Positions 26,521-39,560 of a stretch of DNA of 64,000 bases are shown piece by piece. Below the pieces are notes generated by a model. That model was not told the origin of the DNA, did no database searches, and was given only the letters and a program-made list of their open reading frames with translations. This DNA is from Trichoplax sp. H2. Its lineage: Eukaryota. The translations under genes were made by a program, and so were the position numbers. The stretch's first letter is position 1. Every line of letters starts with the position of its first letter. The stretch spans positions 1 through 64,000 of the forward strand of contig NOWV01000157.1 of the NCBI GenBank assembly GCA_003344405.1, in the 5' to 3' direction.

Positions 26521-27072
26521 TTTTCTTTCTATTTCTTGAACAAACATTTCATTAATTGTATATTATGACTTGGCTGATTGTATGATAGAGCATATTGTGA
26601 TATGACTATTTTGTGTCGGTAATCGGATATCGAAGTCCTTAATTATTTATGATATTAATTAGGTATTCAGATATAAATTTGCTACCTGACTTGTAGGTAC
26701 TATTGATACTAATTATAACTTCTAGCTACCACACAAATATATATAAACCAGGCATATCGCATAATTGAGCTGGATTTTAAGCTCATGTATCCGCAAGACC
26801 TTTTGACTATAAACTTTTTTAGGCAAATTACACATCTAATTTTTATTCACGTATTTTAAAAAATCATGGAATTTCTCAACGATCAATTACCTGCATATCA
26901 TCAAGATTTTCGACGTAGTATTAAATTGCTATATTAAGATGCGTTTATCGTAACTACCTGTATGCTATATTTTGTTATTTTAAGAGCTAATTGCTTACTT
27001 AAGGATTATACAGTAAGTAAATCGTAACTTTCATAAAAAGTTTTTATGGAGATGAGAGCTGAGACAGTTTCA
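26521..27072. repeat. Near-identical copy of ~25355..25866 + 26460..26500 without the LTR; probable second haplotype
   Basis: Direct comparison across gap 26501..26520. Confidence 0.85.
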
Positions 27073-29360
27073 ATGATTAAAAACTATGAATTCAGTTTAA
27101 TTACCACAGCTCTTTTGATGCAAGAGCAAAGATCCGTTTTTATCATTATTATGTTAAGGTACGGTAACTAATATAACTCGATTAGCAAATAAGTAAGATT
27201 GCTTTGATAATTTTTACTCATTTTTACTTCCAGAGTCTCGCTCTAGGTGTCTATCTGCATCAAGCAATCTCTACACTCAATATAACATCCTTTATGCGCG
27301 TATATAATTTTAATCAATTTTACGATTTCTTGTTTTATCTGCTAATGGCAACATTTTTCAGCAGAACCAAATAAAATTTCTTCCACTTTCCGTCAATAAC
27401 TTGCAATTTCCCTCGTCTCACTTGACTTAATACATATCACGGTAAGGTACCAATCTCAACTTCTCACACTGATTTTGTTATTTTTCTCATAAAATCTGGA
27501 TAAAACTGGACCTGTATAGAGTTTCATCCGTCATATATTACTGTAATCGAGTAATAAGTCATCAGCTGTCTATCAATGCATTACAAAAATTGAGAATACC
27601 TCCGTTTTTCCCGCACTATCTGAGCAAATTCTATAGGCTGGGAGTGTAAAGAAAACACTATTACTGTAGCACAATGAGTTATAACTAATTCATTAACTTA
27701 ATGATCGAAGTGTTTCTATGTATTGGTATACTAGTAATTAATCAGTAATACTATTCAACTATCGCAAATGTCGATAGAAAATATCTTGAAGCTTAATCTC
27801 TGTATTGATTAGCATCTTCTCAGAGGTACTGTTGAGTTTTTATTACAATTGTTATTCAGAATTTAAACCAATTTGTTCATTAATTAGCCCCTTGGTCTTA
27901 ATCATCTCAATTGGATAATGTATGCATTGCATGATTACGATTTAAGATATAGAACCTACGGAAGATGTATTATAATGTGCGAATAGCTAACGTTGCTATT
28001 AACTGATGTAAAATGGGTATAGGTGTAAGTGATTTAAATTAAAAAGGATGGAATAGTTTCTATTAGGAATAACTTTAGAAAAAGTCTTCCTTTAGTTCAT
28101 CTTTAACTGTTGACTAACTTATGTTTCTGTTTTCCTGTTTACTTTACTATAATTTGCCTACAAATTAGAGTGCTGTGGGAAACTTTGAACTAATGCTGTT
28201 TATATTTGGTATTTTACTGTTTGCTTTACGATGATCGGCTTTTACAGGAGACTTTTTCAGATTACATTATTATGCTGTTTACTCTATAGCAATTAATTGA
28301 TTAGATTAGTTGTAGAAAAAATTTTAATAAAGAGACGTACTATAAGAACCGCTTGCATACTTACAGGAGAGAATGAGCGAGAAAATGAATGATGCAGTAG
28401 AAAATTTTCTCATAGTGTTTGTAAACGGTTTGTAAACCAGTTTACTAAGTAGATGATATAGTAAATAGATTAAGCCAAAATTTTATCTTTTCTTATACTA
28501 ATAATTTCCTGCAAATCTAGTAAAAAATAGTCGCTTTAATTGCAATTCACTTTTCACATCCTTTTTTTCTAGAAACAAATTGTTTTAAAACTAGATTTAT
28601 CTTCGACACAGCATTTAAGCATTTATTGATTTCAACTTTCTTACGACTATCACTGTAATCTTGGATTAAGTAGTGTTCTCTCGCATCGTTTCAAGATTAT
28701 TTTTGCCACTTAACTTCATTATTCTAATCATTTACCTGTCTTCTTAAAATATACTAACGTAGTCACTACGTGAGGCATTATGCTTTTGTAATACGGTTAT
28801 AATTAATCAAGAAAACGACTTATTATCTTGATACGTAGATAAGTAATATCACATCGTCTTGATGAATTAGACTCCGATAAACATTCAATTTCGGCATCGT
28901 TGCCATTTCGAACAACTAATATAAGATACAATCCGGCTATATAAATAATTTTTTTTATATTTTCAACCTTGATATTTGGAAATAATCATTCCTTCTACAC
29001 CGTGACGTTATAGATATAAATAATAACACTAATTTAATCCAAATGATCGTTTACTACTGCATTTCAATCTTAGTACAAATTACCTTGATAATAAAATTTT
29101 TTTCTTCCAATGACGATAAATTCTTCTATCACAACTAACACCTTTTGCATTCTTCCAAAAAAACCACTTAAATATTATCCCATTTATTAATAATTTCATA
29201 ACTTAACATTTTAATTTACTCTGAAAGCATTAATTTAATCTCGGATAATACTTTATCGCTTTGATGACAAATAGCCGTCTCAATGCATCCGATGATATTG
29301 TACGAGTAGATTGATGATTAATATTGCTTTAACGTCATTGCTAAATAACCAAAATCAAAT

Positions 29361-30270
29361 ACTAACCTATTTATGATTGGCATACCTATAGATTATTTAA
29401 CGTGCTTCTATTAAGTAATGTACTAAGTGAGAAAGCTTATTCATGACGGCATCAATCAATCAATCAATCTAGTCAAGGATTGCAATCCAATTCGATTGAT
29501 GACATCAAATCTGGCCCATAAGTCAGATATTACGTCACTATTTTGTTAACGCCAAACATTCTACCCTAAGAACACGCTTTACACGAAGGATTATATCCAC
29601 TAATTTATTCATGATTGGCACACCTAAAGCTTATCTAATGAGTTACTTTTAAGTTAACTACTAAATGAGAAAGCTTATTTATGACGCTATCAATCAATCT
29701 AAATAAGGATTACAAACGACTTCAATTGGTAACATCAAATCTGACCGGCAAGTCAGATATTTGGTCACTGCAGCCTTAACCTTAAGTATCACCTCTATCA
29801 ACATGTTTTACACGAAGGACTTTAACTACTAGCCTATTATGATTGGCACACCTTAAGATTATTTAATATTTTCTTGACAGCCGGGCAAAATACTCTATCA
29901 ACACGTTTAATAGAAGGAATTTATTTACTAAGTTAGTTATGATTGGCACACCTAAAGGTTAATTAATGTTCTCTGAACCCCAAACATTATACTCAATCAA
30001 CACATTTTTAGGAAGGATTTTATCCACCAAGCTATTATGATTGGCACACCTACAGATTATTTAATGAGCTACTTTTTAAGTTAACTACTAAATGAGAGCA
30101 CTTCTTCATAACGGTATCAATCAGTCAATTAATTAATCAATTTAGATGAGGATTGCAATCGACTTCGATCGGTAACATCGAATCTGATCCTCAAGTCCGA
30201 CATTTCGCCACGGTTTTCTTAACACAAAGCATTCTACTTGACCAATACATTTTATAGGAAGAATTTTGTC
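29361..30270. repeat. Degenerate tandem array, five units with conserved core ATGATTGGCA(C/T)ACCT
   Basis: Core at 29373, 29611, 29839, 29939 and 30037 (spacings 238, 228, 100, 98). Confidence 0.85.
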
Positions 30271-31069
30271 GTGTAGCTTCAAAGATGCTACCTCCCGCTA
30301 ACAGTGATAATTACGTAACGTAATTCTTAATATTAATAGTAAGATAAGATCAAAGGACATTCATCTCTAATAATCATATTAGCGCATTATCTATTAAGCA
30401 ATTGTTCTGTGACAATAGCTGCAACAATAAAATTAACCTCGCAGTTTATGATTTATACTCTTACTATTGAACATTAAATTATCTATTGTGATTCCATGCA
30501 ACCAAGGTTTGACGTAATAATAAAATATGTTGATGACTTAATTTTAGATTAGACTTAATTTTACATGCTGTCAAGTTATTTAACGATCAATTCTTCAATC
30601 CCACCTTACTGTATTCAATCTAGACATCATATCTTACAAGTTACTTCCAGTAATAGTCGCTACTTTGGGTACCGTATAGGACTTAATTTATCTTTTCCTT
30701 TTCCAACTTTTTTCTCTATTCCGATTGAGCTTATTAAATCGATCATCTGTAAGTGGTAATAGATAATTCGTTGTAACATAATCTCTACAAGATTGATAAT
30801 TTTGAAACGTATGTCTGTAAGTGCTAGTAAGGATTAACCGTTGCTAACATATTCTTAACAATTTAAGCGTATTATTTCATATTGCCACATTAATTATCGG
30901 AGATGAGTAAAAAGGGTTAGTTTTAGTGGATTATGTGTGTTATCTTATAGAGAAGTGTGACAAGGCATCTTCTTACATTTGTAATGGATAGATTAATATC
31001 GATTTTATCAGTTTATCAACTGATGTCTGTTCTTTCTTAACCAGAACTTAAATTTATCAAGCAATCAAG

Positions 31070-34000
31070 ATGTTAATGCTACATTGTATTCTGATTTTAT
31101 CTTGTATGATGCAACAAGGTAAGGTATCTACTTACAATCCAACAATATTTCTATCTATTACAAGATTACAATGTATTATATGCAAATGTTATTCCATTAC
31201 AGTATTTGGTCTACCATATTGCTATGGATTTGTTTCGGGCACAATCTGGTTCGATGTTAATGTAGCAGGAAAAAATGAAACAACGGTCATCAATTTCTGC
31301 CGATCAACATTCTACTTTGGTAGTAACTCCAATACAGGTGGGCGTGAGAATATTAACAGATACAGGCGTAACCTATTTCTAATTTATTTAACTCCTTAAA
31401 AACAGCAATTAATGATGGTAGAACATTTATCACCAATAGAGTCCGTTAATTATATAATTATTGATCAGCTTTTATTTCTTCTCTATCCTCATCTTTCGTT
31501 ATCTTTACCTACCTACATCATGGCTAACCTTCTATCGTGATTTTTATTTATTCATTTCATGGCAATGCAACTGATTCTTAACTAAACATTTGACTTTGTA
31601 GTTATGAATTTGAGTAGATGATAGAGGATCCTTAGATGTGGATTGAAGCAGATAATCTGGTTATTTTTGTTATTATAATGTCAATAATTCTCCGTTAAAT
31701 TTAATTTGTTATTTACTTAGCCCTATGACGTCGATGATGATCAAAATCAATTTTGAAATTCTTTACATAACTGTCAATGCAATTTATCAATCTATTTATA
31801 CGATATCAATAGCGTAGGAGTCCAAATGTCAGTAGATGATGAAAAGAAAGTTGCCGTAAATAACGTCCTAAATAACTACGATCAAAGGTGCTAATGGCCA
31901 CAAATTATCCCATCATTAGTGCTGCATTTAATTCTAATTATTCATATCATTGCAGATGCTTAGAAAGAAGAGTTTGAAACTTTACGCTTGTTTCTTTAAG
32001 CTGGAAAGATCGCTTTTGCATTCTTACATCATACCCAATTTCTTGAAAATAGCTACCGATTGAGTTATAGCATCTTAGATTTTAGTATCAGCTGGTCATC
32101 CTGAATAGGTTATAAACAAAGGAATACATTTAGCTACAGTAAGCTATCTATCATCCCCCTTCAACGGGATTATGCACCACTCTAAACGGTACTTCAAGAT
32201 AATATGACGTATGCAATTACTTCTATTCGCAAAAATTTTAATTGTTAGCCTAAACTCTTGGATATTATGGTTCACTTTAATAACCCCAATAGGAAATTAG
32301 TGAGATCGTTCTTGTACAAATGCAAAGCATATGGCTATCGAAATGGTAAAAAATACAATATAACAAGAACTGACATAAAATGCCAAAGGGTTACTTTTTA
32401 ATTAGCAGCACTAAATTTGAAAATGCTCAATTATAAATGCAAACTTATAAAGTGTGATCATCATCAGCCTCTAATCCAGTAATACTACCGTATCAGATTA
32501 AATAGTATGGTTCTGGATTATCAAGATAGAAAGGAACAGGTTATAATCAGTGAGAATAAATCTTGATGATAAAAATTTCAAAGATGAAAATTACTGGTAC
32601 TATGTACACTTTAAATTTCAATAAATGACATTAGATCAGATAGTAATTGTAAAATGCGATTCTTCTAACAAAAATCGATTAAAAGCATATTTGCTATGGA
32701 AGGAGTGCTAAATTAGCTACAGGTTTTCCTTGTATTTTAATTACGGAATTAAATTAGATAGCTCAATAAATTTAGAGTGTTGCGGAGATAAGTTCCTGAG
32801 TATAAAATAACTGTCATATTTGCTTTCAACTATAGCCTTCAGAATTCAATCCAAGTTCATCCGCATCGCTCTTCATATCTTCTACTATACCTTTGAAATT
32901 GATTACATAGCACCGAAGTGTATATTAAATCGTCAAAGTCTGAAAACTAGTTTGGAAGTAATTTAGTCATAAAAATGTACATAGTAAAGAAAGAAATTAA
33001 AATTATTTATTTGCCTATTACAGAATGAATCTCGATATAGCAGTACCACTTTCTAAGTCTTGAAGTGTATTCTAAGTTATCATGCTATTAATTTTATCCA
33101 TTTAAAACTAAATTTTAGCACCATCGATCATAAAATGTCGAAATTGTAACTTGAATGAATGTATTTCATTAACTATAAAGTAAATCTTATTCAATTTCGT
33201 CTGTAGAATAATCCAATACCATATTATAACCTAAATTTGATCTTTTTCTACTGTGTGAAAATCCTACCTTATAATTAAGTCAACGTTATACTCATATCTT
33301 GAATTAAGGAATGACTGATAAAAAATATTAAAATCATAACGGAGCAGACATTTTGCCCGATCTCCTTTACTAAATATTTTTCATAAGCATTTATTTTATT
33401 CGCTTAATACATAGTGCTGAGTGGCTTGGCAACACTGCCATGTCGAAAGACAGGAAGTGAATGGTCCTTAGGAAACGAGACAGAAGTAAATTTATGCGGA
33501 TGTCGATTCACAGCCATGCAGCAACTACACCAGTCTGTTCAGGTTGTACAAAATAAAATTTCAATCTGTTTCAAGCAATTTAATGCGTTGATATAACTCA
33601 CCAAAAATTAAGTTGTGCTAATAGATATGGATATCGATCCTATTTTTATTGTGCAGAACCTTACCAACACTACGTTGGATAGCTCCGTTTTCTCCTCTAG
33701 CATCGAAGTGGATGCAATCTTGCAAAATTCTTTCTATACCCGTCCTGTGAAAGTATTCGGTAAAGCACTTCATGTTGAAGATGCAATTGAAACAGTCTAT
33801 CGCTTATTTCAATTACATGTTGGTCGTACATATCAAGTGAATAAGACCAAGATATGGACCGCTAATGTAGGTTAATTTGTATGCTACTGGCATGATGCTG
33901 AATCATAATGAACTTGAACTAATCTTACACCCTTTGATCTTCATATTTTATTGATCAAAAGTGCTTATATCAAGCTGCAAGCCGAATTATCAACATAACA

Positions 34001-37000
34001 GCATGCAATAATGTATGTAAAATACATTACGCAAATTAACTCTAATATACTGAATCATATTCAACTGCGATGCTTTTATATTTTTGCACGGTAGATACTG
34101 TAAGCTGGTTCGTGTTAAACTATTTCATTTGATATTCTACATTATGAACGAGTAAAGTTTATTTTTTTTGTTAATAATAGACCTCCTTAATGAGTGCAAT
34201 TCTTCCAACGCTAAAAAATGATATCCAAGATCAGGTACGATGTTGTCAAGACTACCAGCAAACTCAAAAAATCGCCAATTGTCCGGCTAAAGAAGGTAAA
34301 GCCATCAATCATGATTTATAATCATGTTTTCTGTGTGAATGATTGAACTTTTCGCATGTTAATTGATGTTGCTAATGATCAATATAAACTATTAAGCTTC
34401 AATGGTTCAAGAAAAGAATTAAATCAGGGCATCATTAGTAAATTAATAAATAAGTAGGTGAATTAATTAAAATAGTTAAACCTACAAGCTCTTAGTAATA
34501 TATCCTGCATTATTAAGTGGGTAATCTTATCCTTACACAATCGTCTATTAAACGCTCTATAAACCTTTTCTTTATTGTAATCGTAAGTAAGATGTGAAAG
34601 AATTAAGTCTAATGTCGTCTAATATTAGAAAGCTATAGCTTAGCTTTTTAATTTACCAACATTTTATCACGCTGTTACTGATGGTATTTAATTTAAAGAT
34701 TTTAAATCTCTTCCAATATTCGCGATGAATTTTTTCAGTACCATACTATAGAATTTAAGCATGAAGTTGCTTTTACATTTCCTATGAGTAAGAATGCCTT
34801 GCTAATTTATTCGTAATATTCTCTCGCAGCAAAAAGCTAGAGCAGGCTAAGATGCATAATGGCTAGTTTAAGTGCTTCTAATGTAGAAGACCTAGTAGAG
34901 ATCAATTATAAAATGTTCAATATGCTGGATCACACTAGCATACATGATGGCTACTTTAAGCACTACTAATGTACATGGCCTAGAAATGACCAATTTATAA
35001 AACGACTTAGCCTGAGATAGGTAATCGCAACGAGAAAACATATTACACAATACTAATGGGCGAATCTTGTAGAATTTGCACATAATGCATTCCTTGATAT
35101 ATCTACTGCTCTGGATCCCTACTTTAACTGATCCGATCTCGATTGAAATTTGATTTTGATTTTCTATTGTAGAAATTGAAGACACATGCCCGACGAATTA
35201 TGCTCGTGGTTTCTTATGGGAACCAACCAAAGTTAATGTTACAATCAAAAGTAACAGGAAGGAATCTTGCAAGTTATTTACTAGCGATATAGAGCCAATG
35301 GATCAGAATTTGCATGTTCATGGTAAGTTCAATTAGATATCTTAAGCAGATATAGCGGAAAGGCAGTATTACTCTCAGTAAGAATTCTAATAATTCCATA
35401 AACACAGATAGCTACATTCACTTTGAAAGTAGCGTTCATTCAAGTTCAGTAGTTTATTATTCTTCTAGTATATTTCATTATGTATATAATTATATTAGAT
35501 TGCAATCTAGGATTAACTGAGTCATTCCTCTAAAGAAAATAGTTTCTCTTATAAAAAAAATAAACATTAGTAGATTACCAAGTGAAATGGCATTACCGCG
35601 ATATACACCCTCCTCTCTTCTCATTTATACTTTAGTCTATTCTTCATCCTTGATTTAATGCATACCAATACTATGCTTCGCCATCATTGACATTTTTTCA
35701 ACCCACCAATGTTAATTATTGATAAATAGTTAAGCACTACCAGGTTCAACGTTTCTATTCTCATACTTACATTAGACTTCTATTCTCTCTTGTTTTTAGG
35801 CCATGTAAGTAGAACATGTACATCTAACAGGCAAGCCAGCTCTGTATGGGCTTCTGTTAATGGATGTAAATGTTTCGTGACAGCAATGACAGATGTATTG
35901 GCTAAAGTAAGAACTTGTTGTATTTTATACATTAAAACATTCTGATGTTAACCTGCGGGGTTCTTGCCAATTGCCCATGATTTAATATTAATTTGCCTTT
36001 CTCTTCTCATGAATTAATTATAATAGATGAAATTAACCGTGGCCAAGCAATATACCATGCACTACTTGAGCACACTAACTAGTTTTGTTAGAAAATATTA
36101 CAAGTATAACACAGACTTTAACATAGCAACGAATGCTCAAGAGTTACTTTCTCAATCTCAGCAACAGCAGACGGATTTACAAAGCATTTACTATACTGAA
36201 TTTACTGGCGTAAGTCCTCCATTCTATACTAATTTACTTGCAATAGACATTTATATCAATTCTTTTCATCTGCCAGATATTGCAATAGATAAGTGAAATA
36301 GTCTATTTCAGATCGAATTTAATATCTTGGTACTATTTATGCTTGTATTAAAGTGCTTGGCAATGACAACGATGGACTTGATCAGTAATTGGCATTCTGA
36401 CAAGAATTGTCCGGCACCGGTAATAAATTTTAAGGACTGTATTGAGTGGATTATTGCCCTTGAATTTCATAGTCATTCTCTTTTCCTTACAACGATCTAT
36501 AGGATAGCTCCAAGGTAGCCATGAACAACACCTTCTACAATGCATTAGCCACACTACTCAACATGCCCAAAGAAGATGTACTCAGTAATCCTGCTTATTC
36601 ACTGGAAAATAATGATACTCTGACAATGGCCATCCAAAATATTAGCATGATGGAGTTAGGTCGATCCGATCCTTGCCCATTAGTTGGAACTGTTGTTCCA
36701 TTACCAGCATTTAAGCCAGGATCAGGAATAACATCACCAAATCCAACAACTGCAACCACTCCTATGGTACGTAAGCAATTCTTCTATGATTGACTTGATT
36801 AACTTACAGTCCTATCATTGTTGCTATCGCGAAAAATGATGATAATTTTTTTGTCGCTACTACTTATGGATACTTACCAATAGACGTTGAATTTTAAGTA
36901 CTTCTTTCTAGATGCAGATAGACAAACAATCTAGCTACTTGTTACCAGTTACCAGTACTTGTTACCAGAGGGTTGATTTACTTTGCTCGCTAGTTTTATT

Positions 37001-37311
37001 TTTAGCTGGATGATCGATGAATTAAAATAGCTACACAGTAGAAATGCAGCTACTTTTACTACGTATCGCCTTAACTTAACACTTGTAGTGAGATTGTTCT
37101 TTGGCTACTTTCTCGAGCTAGAAATAGTCTAATTTATCCCATTTATCTTCTCATGATGCTTTCGATTTTATATTCATATTACCTCTAGAATATCATCACG
37201 ACTTCAACTTCAAGTACAGGAACAACTTCTTCTTCGATAGGAAATTATCGCCAATCACTAGCAATCATTTATTCTCTTGCTCTGTTGCTATGGTGCAGTC
37301 TACTATTATAG
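31070..37311 (+). CDS. Predicted 526-aa secreted, probably GPI-anchored protein with two HormR-like + helical (GAIN-A-like) modules and no 7TM
   Basis: GT-AG, phase-consistent exons: 31070-31118, 31203-31337, 33415-33542, 33657-33866, 33962-34012, 34181-34295, 35173-35322, 35800-35906, 36027-36209, 36354-36419, 36503-36766, 37189-37311 (1581 nt). Hydrophobic N-terminus; C..G..W....C...G..T..C....W.....C pattern occurs twice; S/T-rich stalk; C-terminus ends in SLAIIYSLALLLWCSLLL*. Confidence 0.7.
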
Positions 37312-38919
37312 AATAGAAAATAAAAAAATCAATAAGCTTTTATTTAAGATCGATTAATCACGTTTAAGTGGATTCAATCATGGAATTATTCTGTATCACA
37401 TTTATTTTCAATATAATTTCGCTGTATATTATTATGATTTTCTATTAGTAAGAACGTTATCAATGAATGAGCCGTGTAATGGATATAAACTGGATTCGAG
37501 TTATTTTGATTGCAAGCATGGAAGTGCCATTACAGCAATGTTACCGGTATTGACAGCTAATCCTCATCAAATTGTCTACTCATATTTCTCTTATGTATTA
37601 ACCATGATTTCAATTTAGAATACGAGTAGTTTCATAAAACGCCTATCAGGTAGCGCTATTTGCACAACGATTTCAGAGCTAACGAGTAGAAACTTTTCGT
37701 ATTCAAGATCTGATTATATTATTCTTCCAACAAGGACATTTTGACTACTCTAATGTGCTCGATATTGAGCAACCAATTATCGTATACGAGTATAAAGGTC
37801 GGTTCTAATTCTATTCTATCTGCATAATATATGACTTCTTTATTTTTTTTTATTTATTCCTTATTATTATTGAATATTCAAATAACACTTTCATAGTCTA
37901 CATCTATTATTCATCGCTAATATGACGGACAAAATTAAATCTATGTATATGATTGAATTCTTCATCAACTAGCTATCTCGACACTATGTAAAACGACACC
38001 TAGAAATGATGATGATGGTGATGCAAAGTTTCGACTAGTTGGTTATAACTTAATTATTTAGCAATTTGCGCCATCTATAACTTTTAACATACCATATAAG
38101 TACGCTTGTAATCTTTCACATATGGTAATAAACTTTATATATAACAAAATATGGTAAATTTATCCTTTCTGACTACATATCTATATAAGTTAAATATTGG
38201 GCGATTTGCACTCGAGCAATCTCAGGTCGATCATGTAAGTAGTTGACTACACAAAATATCCTTTCGCTCTATTGTGACTCAATTATTGGGCAAATATAAT
38301 CTTTCCATTACCTTTATGATACAAATCATGCCAGCTATCGTCGTTTACGTCTGTTGGGCATGACTGTGTAATGTAAAAAATTTGCCCATTGCCCTAATTT
38401 GCAAACACTCAGCCACGGTAGCCTAGTATATGCAGTGGCTTCTTCAAATGGTACAGTAGTAGACAAGTGTAGCCAGCAGCTAAGTTCATGACCAGATGGA
38501 GCAGTAAAAAGTTAGTAAGGTCCCTGGACTCATTTGAAGTCATTGGTTTCGTCCTTGTTACCGATTGAAATTGGTAACGAGGAAAATTAAACTACTACAG
38601 AAAACTAAAACTACAAGCCTACTGTCAGCTTTCTCCTGCCCGACACCTACCTACAATACTATTTCAGATACTGACAATCTTCTATAGCCAAGGAGGAAGG
38701 TAAGCGTAGAGTCAAAAGGATAGGTGTGGGTCCATAGGAGCACTATGCAGCAGTCCTATAGGTCATAGGCAAAAATCTGCGATTCCATTCGTTACATTAT
38801 GATGAACTGTTAGCAATTATTAGTCTATGATACTGTTCATATGATTCCATCCCATAGCGTAGCGCAGGAAGTGAGAAAAGTACTGAGAAAAGGTATTTCA
38901 GGGTCTCGCTAAAGTCTCC

Positions 38920-39560
38920 AACTCCATCTAGTTTTGATGGCATTTTCAGTCTGAACTGCTCTGTTTACTTTCCTGCGTTAAATGGCTTCGCTGCCGTAAC
39001 GGCTCAGAAGGAATAAATCTGCAAGTCAGAAATCCGTAATTTCATCTAAATTGACAGCTTTATCTGCAGGTAACTGTTTTATTCGTTTACTTTATTGCCT
39101 CAACTGGCTTCGTTGAAATAAATCTGCCTGCCTGCAAGTCAGAAATCTGTAATTTCATCTAGTTTGACAGCTTTATCTGCTGGTAACTGCTTTATTCGTT
39201 TACTTTATTGCCTCCACTGGCTTCGTTGAAATAGATCTACATGTCTGCAAGTCTCCATCTAGTTATGATCGCATCTTCAGTCGGATCTGCTTTATTTGTT
39301 TTCTTTCCTGCCTTAATTAAATGACTTCGTTGCTATACCGGCTCCGAAGGAATAACTCTGCAAATCTGAAATCTACAACTTCATCTAGTTTTAGCAGTCT
39401 TATCTGCAGGTAACTGCTTTACTCGTTTACTTTACTGCCTCAATTGGCTTCGTTGCCGTACCGGCGAAGAAGAAATAAAATCTGCAAGTCTGCAATCGAC
39501 CACTTCATCTAGTTTTTGACAGTCTTACTTGCTGATCTACTGCAATATTAACAGTATTGA
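38920..39560. repeat. Degenerate ~110-125-bp tandem repeat, about 5-6 units
   Basis: Recurring TCTGCAAGTC...CATCTAGTT...AACTGCTTTA...TTTACTTT...GGCTTCGTTG blocks. Confidence 0.8.

Noticed and set aside
29361-30270. CRISPR-like interpretation of the repeat array
   Set aside because: Eukaryotic context, spacers homologous to each other and too long, no cas genes.
31976-31978. In-frame TGA (RCLERRV*NFT) as selenocysteine or readthrough
   Set aside because: It lies in the predicted intron, overlaps a possible GT donor, and no SECIS was recognised.
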